A stretch of 46,398 nt of DNA. Origin: Chiloscyllium plagiosum (taxonomy: Eukaryota). Under the pieces are notes generated by a model. It searched no databases, was not told the DNA's origin, and was given only the letters and a program-made list of their open reading frames with translations. How positions within the stretch are numbered: position 1 is the first letter of the stretch; every line of letters begins with the position of its first letter. The translations under genes and the position numbers were made by a program. The stretch lies in the NCBI RefSeq assembly GCF_004010195.1, contig NC_057754.1, forward strand, positions 13,298,224 to 13,344,621, written 5' to 3'. This document shows, in pieces, positions 37,462 through 46,398 of this stretch.

Positions 37462-38655
37462 TTGTTTGTTCGATAGAAAATAAAATGTACATTCTTTATT
37501 TCTGGTGTCAGAAAATCTTGACTGGAGTTTATATTTTAGATCCATAAATATAGACCAACTTAATGCTTTTCAGAGATTATAGTACAGTCGAATAATCATA
37601 GTTGACGTCTTATTTTTGCCCAATTCACGCAACTTAGCAAACATCTGATTAATAGATGGGTCACCCAACAGATTGTACTGAAGGAAGCAGCAGTAAATGA
37701 CAAGTCAAGAATCACGTTAATAACTGAACTTGGCAGAGCCTGCCTGGTGTAGGACACCACACATACTGTACTGGCATTCAGGTGAATGGAACAATGAACA
37801 ACATAACTGGAAGTTTGGGCTAACGCCCCTCCCCAGCTTCCTGATCTCACACACATCACACCCTCACACATTCAACAATTGATAAGAATCCACAGGCTGG
37901 GTGAAACATAAAACACAGAACAGTACAGCACATTACAGACCCTTTGACTCTCGACGTTCTGCCGAACCTTTATCCTACTCGAAGATTAGACTAACTGAAA
38001 TACCCAGACATGCTGGTCCGGTGACACGTACAGTGCACAGTCANNNNNNNNNNNNNNNNNNNNNNNNNNNNNNTTGTTTGTTCGATAGAAAATAAAATGT
38101 ACATTCTTTATTTCTGGTGTCAGAAAATCTTGACTGGAGTTTATATTTTAGATCCATAAATATAGACCAACTTAATGCTTTTCAGAGATTATAGTACAGT
38201 CGAATAATCATAGTTGACGTCTTATTTTTGCCCAATTCACGCAACTTAGCAAACATCTGATTAATAGATGGGTCACTCAACAGATTGTACTGAAGGAAGC
38301 AGCAGTAAATGACAAGTCAAGAATCACGTTAATAACTGAACTTGGCAGAGCCTTCCTGGTGTAGGACACCACACATACTGTACTGGCATTCAGGTGAATG
38401 GAACAATGAACAACATAACTGGAAGTTTGGGCTAACGCCCCTCCCCAGCTTCCTGATCTCACACACATCACACCCTCACACATTCAACAATTGATAAGAA
38501 TCCACAGGCTGGGTGAAACATAAAACACAGAACAGTACAGCACATTACAGACCCTTCGACTCTCGACGTTCTGCCGAACTTTTATCCTACTCGAAGATCA
38601 GACTAACTGAAATACCCAGACATGCTGGTCCGGTGACACGTACAGTGCACAGTCA
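37462..38655. repeat. 582-bp near-identical direct duplication flanking a 30-N gap (probable assembly overlap)
   Basis: 37462-38043 vs 38074-38655, about five substitutions; the copies end and start exactly at the gap edges. Confidence 0.9.
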
Positions 38656-38869
38656 GCCATTCTTACTTCCTGTTCTTTTCTGATGTGTAGCTGCCTTGAA
38701 ATGTCTGTTCAAACGAAACATATTGAATGAAATTCAAGCAGTCGAGACGACGTTCATGACACGTAAATCAATCAGGACTTAATGATGGCTGAGGTTCCAG
38801 AATAACATAATGACTGAATGCAAAACAGGGCAATACAAGAAATAGCAGTTGAGTATGAAATGTGGTTCC

Positions 38870-41700
38870 AAGCAGGCCTCATGGTGTTACCGATAGATTA
38901 TCAATCCAGACAATCAGCTCTTGTTCTTTGCACCCAGGTTCGAATCCCGCCACTGCAGATGGTGGAAATTCAATTCGATAATTTTAAAATATCCCTGGAA
39001 TTAAGAATCTACCTATGAGAATAAAACCATTGCCGATTTTCAGAAAAATCCATCTGGATCACTAATATCCTTCAATGAAGGAATCTTCTATCCTCACCTG
39101 GTCTGTCTGACATGCAACTCCAGACCCACAGCAATGTCATTGACTCTCAATCGCCCCCTGAAATGGTCTAGTGAGTCATTCAGTTGTACCAATCGTTACA
39201 AAGTTTCAAAGAAATGAAACCGGCTGGACCACTTGACATCAAACTGTGCACTGGAAAAGTCAACAATAGAAACATCACTGTAGAACCTCCAAAGTCTTCC
39301 TTACTGTCATCTAATGGTTAGTGCCAAAATTGGGACAACTGCCTTACAGACTAGTCAAGCAACAGCCTGACATAGTCATACTCACGGAATCATACCATAC
39401 AAAATTAACACAGCCACCACCATCACTATCCCTGAATATGTCCTGCCCCAAAGGCAGGACTGATCCAGTAGAGGGGGCAGCTCAGTGAGAGAGAGTCGGG
39501 AGGTAGTTGCTCTGGTAGTCTCCAGAATTGACTCCAGACCTAATGAAGTCCCATGGCTTCATTTTAAACATGAACAAAGAATTATCTTACTGATTACCAC
39601 GTAACGTCGTTCCTCATCTGAATCAGTGCACCTCCATGTGAAAGAGCACTTGGAGAAAGCACTGACTGAGGCAAGGGCACAAAGTGTATTCTGGTTGGGA
39701 GATTTCAAAGTCGACCACCAAGAATAGTTTGGCAACAGTACTACTGATCACGCTAGTCGGGTCCTAAAGGATATAGATTCTAGATTGGGTCTGCAGCAGG
39801 TGGTGAGGGAAAGAACAAGAGGGAGAAAAATCATCTCTGACCTCATCCTTACCAATCTCTCAACTGCAGATGTATCTGTCAATGACAGTATCGGTAAAAG
39901 TCTCGCGGTCACATTCAGAATAAACTCTATTGTGTTGTGCGGCACTATTACCATGCTAAATGGCACAGATTTCAAAGAGATCTAGCAACTCAAGACTGAG
40001 CGTCCAGAAGACACTGTGGATCATTAATAGCAGCAGCACTGTACTCCAGCACAAACTGTAATGTCACAACCCATCATATCCCCCCACTCAACCATTACCA
40101 TCAAGGCAGAGGATCAACTCTGGTTCAATGGAGAGTTCAGGAGGGCATGCCAGGAGCAGAACCAGGAATATATAAAGATAAAATGTTAATCTGCTGAAGC
40201 TTCCAAACAGAAATACCTGCATGCCAAATAACATAAACAGCAAGGGACAGACAGAACTGAGCTATCCGAAAACGAATGCATCAGATTTAAGCTCTGCAGT
40301 CCTCCTAACCTGATCATGGATGGTGGTGGACGATCAAGCAACTCACTGGAGTAGGAGTCTCCACAAATATTCCCATCCTCAACGATGGAAGAGGCCAGCA
40401 CATCAGTGCCAAAGATAAGGCTGAAGCTTTCGCAGCAATCTTCAGTCAGAGGTTTTGAGTGGATGATCCATTTCGGCCTCCTCTCCTGGTCCCCATCATT
40501 ACAGATAGCAGTCATCAGTTAATTCGATTGACTGATATCAAGAAACGGTTGAAGGCACTGGATACTGCAAAGGCTATAACCCTGATAACATGCCGGCAAT
40601 AGTCCTGAAGAGTTGTACTCCAGAACTTCCCGCTTCCCTAGACAAGCTGTCCCAGTACGGTTAAAAACCGACAATGGGAAAAACTGCTGAAGTATGTTCT
40701 GTACATAAAACGCTGGACAAAGTCAACCCATCCAAATCCCGCCTCATAAGTGTACTCTGCATCATCAGTAAAGTGATGGAAAGGTTCATCAACAGTGTTA
40801 TCAATCAGCACCTGCTCAACTATAACCTGCTCAGTGACGCCCATTTTGTGTTCCACCAGGGACACTCAGCTCCTGACCTAATCACAGCCTTGGTTCAAAC
40901 ATCGAAAAAGGAACTGAATTNNNNNNNNNNNNNNNNNNNNNNNNNNNGCAAGTAACACTCGTGCCACACAAATCCAGACAATGACCATCACCAATAAGAA
41001 ACAATATAACCACTTGTTATTCAGCAGCATTATGGTAACTAAGTTTCCCCACTATCAAAATCCTGGGGGGTATCATTGACCATAAACCCAACTGGACTCG
41101 CCACAGATAAGTGCAGATCAGAGGCTAGGAATACTGCAAATATCTCACCTCCTGACTTCCCAAAGCCGGTCCAACATTTACACGGCACAAGTCAGGAATC
41201 AGATGGAATAATCCTCACTTGCCTGACTGAGTGCAGCCCCAACAACACTAAAGAAACTTGACACGATCCAGGACAAAGCAGCCCATTTGATTTGCACCAC
41301 ATCCACAAGCATTCACTCCCTTTCACCACGATCGCTCAGGAACAGCAGTGTGTACTATCTACTAAACACAATGCAGAAATTCCACAAAGATCCTCAGAGA
41401 GCTCCTTCCATTTCACGAACACTTCCATGTAGAATGACAAGGGCAGTAGACTTTTGAGAACACCACCAACTTCACATTCCCCTGCAATCTAGTCAACATC
41501 CTGATTTGGAAATATATCGACGTTCCTTCCCTTTTGCTGGTTCAAAACACTAGAATTCCCTCCTTAATCACTAGTGGGTCAACGCACAGCACGTAGATTG
41601 CACCAGTTCGAGAATGTAGCTCACCACCACCTTCTCAAGGGCAACTCGGAAGGGAAAGAAATACTGGGCTCATCCAGTGATGCCCACATCCAAAAAAGAT
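38870..41700 (+). mobile_element. Near full-length degenerate CR1-group LINE with tRNA-like head, APE endonuclease and RT (copy B)
   Basis: B-box ggttcgaatccc at 38937-38948; LVPKLGQLPYRLVKQQPDIVILTES, WLGDFKVDHQE, QQVVRERTRGRKIISDLILTNL; RT ISVLCIISKVMERFIN...HQGHSAPDLITALVQT; tail caagggcaact...gatgcccacatcc. Confidence 0.88.
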
Positions 41701-41896
41701 TTTTTTTAAAAAAGTAGTTCCAAGTTGAGCATCTCGATGGGTCAGGTTATCTGGTTTGAACACGAACAGGAAAGCAGTGTTTCTAATATTGAACATTTTA
41801 GACTTTTTCTGTTATTCGAAGAGTGTTCCATATTCGATGACATATTGTTGATTAGTGCTGTGATAAATTTAACTTTTTAGTTAAAATCAACAATAC

Positions 41897-42150
41897 TGGT
41901 GTAACAGGCTCAATCCTTCGAAATGACCAGATTGCAAATGACAATCATCGCAGAGACAATGTCCTCCCACCAGGTGAGACTCACAAATAGTAGCTTGCAT
42001 TCAACCGATTAATGGACTGCCGGTGGTGTAACAGGCTCAATCCTTCGAAATGACCAGATTGCAAATGACAATCATCGTAGAGACAATGTACTCCCACCAG
42101 GTGAGACTCACAAATAGTAGCTTGCATTCAACCGATTAATGGACTGCCGG
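41897..42150. repeat. Tandem duplication, 2 x 127 bp
   Basis: tggtgtaacaggctc...ggactgccgg at 41897-42023 and 42024-42150; single copy in the paralog at about 23933-24060. Confidence 0.93.
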
Positions 42151-42269
42151 CTACACTGAATCTTCCCACCGTCTATTTCACAGGGGTTACCATTGACCAG
42201 AACGTGAAGTCAAATCAACTTACAAATACAAGAGCAGATCAGAGACTGACAATTCTGCACTGTGCTGTT

Positions 42270-42870
42270 TTAGCATTGTCTCTCTGTCTAGTGGAAATAT
42301 GTTCGACACACTGACTGTATGAATCTTTGCAGTAATCCATCAGTTTCAATCAGATGCCCCCCACCCCCACCATTCTTCTAAGTTCCATCAAGTACACACA
42401 CTGCCGCTCATATGACAAGTCGTCATCCTTCAGCAGCTCACAATATGCCAAATGCCGTCTGACAAAAGCCCATTATATTCTCAGCAGTATGTCTCATCTC
42501 TTGTATTCTTGTTCTCTTGAAATGAATGCGAACATTGCATTTGCTTTCGTAACTTCCAACTGATCCTGCACATTAACCATAAAGGAGGACGAGTGCTTCA
42601 AAATCCGTTTGTGCTTCAGATTGAACATAGTGTCTGCCTCTATTCCGCCTATCAAAGTGCATAATCTCACACGATTCCATAGTGTGTTCCATCAGCAACA
42701 TGTTTTCCCACAGTCCGAAACTGTCCAAGTCTTTCTGAACCCTGCACAGTTCCTCAATATCATCTTCCCAGCAAACCATCACTGCATCATCTTCAAACTC
42801 AGCAAAACTGCCCTCAGGTCCTTTGTCCAGTTTGTCCATGTATAATACATTTCCTGGCTCTCTAAGGACT
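42270..42870 (-). mobile_element. Degenerate CR1-type LINE RT/3' part
   Basis: Minus ORF LDKGPEGSFAEFEDDA...RVQKDLDSFGLWENMLLMEHTMESCEIMHF. Confidence 0.8.
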
Positions 42871-43117
42871 GTCCACCATCTACAAGGCAGAACATTAAAT
42901 GTGCTTGACTCCATTCATGTTGAAGCAATGGCTTGAGTGGAATTACACCTGCAAAGTCTTCACTCCCTGCACCACTGCCTCTCAGTAGAAGCACACCCTG
43001 CCCCGTGTTGTGGTGAGTTTACTTCATTATGGCGCACAATCCCAGTCTATTGATGGCATTCTGTCTGGCCACTAACTGTGTGGTGTCTACACCAACCAAT
43101 GTCACTGTGTTGAGAAC

Positions 43118-44497
43118 GATGGAGGGAGGTGGGGGAAGGAATGTCTATAATGAATAAATGTGTGACTGCCAGGCTGAAACCTGCCCCGACAGCCTCGGAT
43201 GTATCTGTGCCCGCTGTCACCGCTGCAGACATGATCGGTTTTCCTGACAGTCAAGGCAAGGGAAGTGACGGACCTGGACGATGTTCCCGGCTGTGTACTC
43301 AGATCCTGTTAGGACCATCTGGCAGAGGTATTGACATACAACTTCAGCTTCTCCCTCTTACAAGCCGAAGTGCCAACCTGCATCGAGAAGATCACCATCA
43401 TCCTCCTAAGTGAGAAAGCACATGTAACTTGCCTTAATGACTACCGCCCAGTGGCTCTGACCTCAATAAACATGGAGTGATTTGAAAGGCTGGTTATGGC
43501 CCACATCCCCTCCTGACCTGATACCTTATAATTTGCCGACTGATGTAACAGGTCCAGAACGGATGCCATACTCCGATCCCTGCACTCATCCCTACACCAG
43601 ACTCCTACACCAGATTCCTTCTCATTGACGACAGATCTACCTTAAACATCATTGTCTCCTCCAGACTGATCTCAAAATTCTGTGACCTTAGTCGTGGCTC
43701 CACCCTCTGCAACTGGATCCCCCGGTTTCTGACCGACAGACCACAATCTGTGAAGATAGGTATGTGCACCTCGACCACAATTATAGTCAACACTGGATAC
43801 CCCAAGAGATGGAGGGAGGTGAGGGAAGTAATGTCTATAATGAATAACTGTGTGACTGCCAGGCTGAAACCTGCCCCGACAGCCTCGGATGTATCTGTGC
43901 CCGCTGTCACCGCTGCAGACATGATCGGTTTTCCTGACAGTCAAGGCAAGGGAAGTGACGGACCTGGACGATGTTCCCGGCTGTGTACTCAGATCCTGTG
44001 AGAACCAACTGGCAGACGTATTCACATACAACTTCAGCTTCTCCGTCTTACAAGCCGAAGTGCCAACCTGCATCGAGAAGATCACCATCATCCTCCTAAG
44101 TGAAAAAGCACATGTAACATGCCTTAATGACTACCGCCCAGTGGCTCTGACCTCAATAAACATGGAGTGATTTGAAAGGTTGGTTATGGCCCACATCCCC
44201 TCCTGACCTGATACCTTATAATTTGCCGACTGATGTAACAGGTCCAGAACGGATGCCATTCTCCGATTCCTGCACTCATCCCTACACCAGACTCCTACAC
44301 CAGACTCCTGCTCATTGACGACATATCTACCTTAAACATCATTGTCTCCTCCAGACTGATCTCAAAATTCTGTGACCTTAGTCGTGGCTCCACCCTCTGC
44401 AACTGGATCCCCCGGTTTCTGACCGACAGACCACAATCTGTGAAGATAGGTATGTGCACCTCGACCACAATTATAGTCAACACTGGATACCCCAAGA
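43118..44497. repeat. Tandem duplication, 2 x 690 bp, of a Rex/Babar-like RT fragment
   Basis: gatggagggaggt at 43118 and 43808; both copies end cactggataccccaaga. Confidence 0.95.
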
Positions 44498-44586
44498 ATG
44501 CGTCCTCAGCCCCCTACTGTCCTCGCTGTCCACACACGGCTGTTGCCAAATTCCAAACAACGCCAGCTGCAAGTTCGCTGATGACA
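43160..44586 (+). mobile_element. Rex/Babar-like LINE RT remnant (internally duplicated)
   Basis: ORF DDVPGCVLRSCENQLADVFTYNFSFSVLQAEVPTCIEKITIILL...CLNDYRPVALTSINME; LCNWI..FLTDRPQSVKIG; ends KFADD. Confidence 0.85.
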
Positions 44587-46333
44587 TGCCCACGTAAATA
44601 CAGGTATCCCCTGCTTTTCAAAGTTCACTTTTGACCACTTCCCTTTCCAAATGACCGACATTAGGACCTGTTTTCGCTAATCAAAAGAAATCCAAAGAGG
44701 ATTTTCACTTTTACGAAGAAAGCCGATGTTTTCCCCATACAAATGAATGCCTCTTCACTTTACACCATATCAGCTTATGAAAGGAACACTGTACTTTCAG
44801 ATAGTGCGGGGAATCGGTATATGTCTAAGACAATGTTGAAAGCGATTTTATCTCGCTGTGTCTCTTCCCTGAGTGTGGTCATCTTCTTATATTCCTTAAT
44901 GGGACATGGGTATCACTGGCTGGGCCAGCATTACTTCACTTTTCCAGCTGTTCTTGAGAAGACAGTGAGCCATTGTAGTCCACGTGTTTTATTTGATTTG
45001 ATTTGATTTATTTTTAGTCAAATGTACAATGGAAAGCTTTGTTTTGTGAGTAGTGCAGGAACATGATAGTAGACAAAAAACACAGCTCATGAGATATTTC
45101 AACAGAGTGAGGCATATTAGGTTACAGCTGCACAGGAGATGTGCAAAGCAAGATCGCTATTAGCAAGACTAGTATTATTTGAAGTTAGAGATGTCAATTC
45201 GCCAGTCTAATTACGGTAGGGAAGAAAATGTTCCTGAGTATGCTGGTCGATGATTTCAAGCCTCTCTATCTTCTTCCTGTTGGAAGAGGTTGTAGGAGAT
45301 CATTACCGGTTTGGGAGAGATTTTTTTTGCTACCAGCCTTTCGGCAACAATGAGAAGTATAAATGGATGGAAGGTTGCCTCCCGTGATGGTCTGTGCTGT
45401 GCACACAACCGTCTGTAGTTTCTTATGGTCCTGGGCAGAGCAGTTACCATGTCACGCGAATAGAATGCTTTCAGTTGCCAGTATACAGAATAACAATAAG
45501 AGATCCAGCTCATTCTCGACTGGAAGAGACAATGGGTTGAGTTTCCACAACCTTTGCTGTAATAATTCTGTGATATGCATTGAAAGTTTATGGAGGGAGG
45601 AGACAAGCTTGTTCAATGAGGGACACAGAGATTTCCATCATCAAAATTCGATTCTTATTATGTCATGAAGTTCAGTTGCCTCTAAAAAGTGTTTTAAAAC
45701 AAAGTGGTTTTCTGAGATTTACAGGATATTCAGAAACATGTTTTTTTGTCTCTTTGAATCTTATAGAAGAAACAGATTTCGGCCTTAATACACGTGTCAC
45801 AGACACACCAACTGTAATAGGAACAGGAAAGGACCACAGTGTCCAAATACAACCAAGGTCAGCATATGGACTGGTCAAGAAACATGAGATATAATGATAT
45901 GCAAACATGAGATACAAACTGAAAATGGTGGAGAAGCGAAAGAAAACGATGAGGAAGTATCTGCAGAGAGAAACAGAGTTAACATATTTATTATGATATG
46001 ACACTTCGAAAAGTCAAAGGTTAATTCTGCGCATCTCTGGTCAGATTCTGCCAGATTTGTTGAGTTTTTCTCCAGCTCTTTCGATTTCTTTTTCTTTCTG
46101 AACTGTGACAAATTGTCTGATCTGAACGATAACAGCAAAGCCCCTGTCTCACTTGGATCTCGAGTAATTTCTTATGGACATTAAATGAAAAATTACAAAG
46201 TTCCTATGTTTAACAAGGGTTTAAATGTTGATGACGTATTGGATTGTGAGAACTTGCCATGAAAATGTTGAAACAAAAACAGAAGTTGCTTCTAAAGCTC
46301 CATAGGTCTGGGAGCATATGTGCAGAGAAATCA

Positions 46334-46373
46334 CAGTTAACGTTTCGGGTCCAGTGACCCTTCCTCAGAACTG
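46334..46373 (-). ncRNA. Intact minimal type I hammerhead ribozyme motif in a Penelope-like terminus
   Basis: Minus strand CAGUU CUGAGGA A GGGUC ACUG GACCC GAA ACGU U AACUG: 5-bp stem I, CUGANGA, 5-bp stem II, GAAA, palindromic ACGU in place of stem III, GUU cleavage triplet. Confidence 0.72.
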
Positions 46374-46398
46374 ATGGTAGGTCGGAAAATGTTGGTTG

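Noticed and set aside
37462..38655. 582-bp direct repeat as a biological duplication or LTR pair
   Set aside because: The copies abut both sides of a short N gap and differ at only about five sites, as expected for unmerged allelic contig ends.
38870..38960. tRNA gene (also 4030-4100 and 14360-14432)
   Set aside because: Only B-box-like motifs are present, no cloverleaf is evident, and each continues into SINE or LINE body sequence.
45672..46004. Hydrophobic 110-aa ORF as a GPCR exon
   Set aside because: No class A GPCR motifs; the frame is not conserved in the paralog at 33170-33340.

Overview
Eukaryotic, repeat-dense genomic DNA with six N-gaps. The repeat content (HE1/V-SINE-like SINE, HER1/CR1-type LINEs, Penelope-like elements) points to a cartilaginous fish, probably a shark; this is inference from repeat families. 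No intact protein-coding gene is visible, and almost all ORF-track entries are chance ORFs or fragments of decayed retroelements. The host-gene content is two convergently oriented, paralogous first coding exons of a GPR139-like rhodopsin GPCR (about 7.2-7.6 kb on +, about 31.7-32.2 kb on -). Both are damaged, and no second exon is visible. The rest is CR1-type LINE remnants, a single-ORF APE+RT LINE with a tRNA-like 5' head and matching internally deleted SINEs, Rex/Babar-like LINE fragments, two GIY-YIG Penelope-like elements plus several Penelope termini carrying minimal hammerhead-ribozyme motifs, and a probable Harbinger Myb/SANT remnant. The right half is a diverged segmental duplication (about 22-33.5 kb vs 39.8-46.4 kb) with an internal inversion. 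It also holds several local tandem duplications and a 42-bp minisatellite that arose from a reverse-transcriptase motif. I found no evidence for a wholly new biological system; the best leads are listed as findings.
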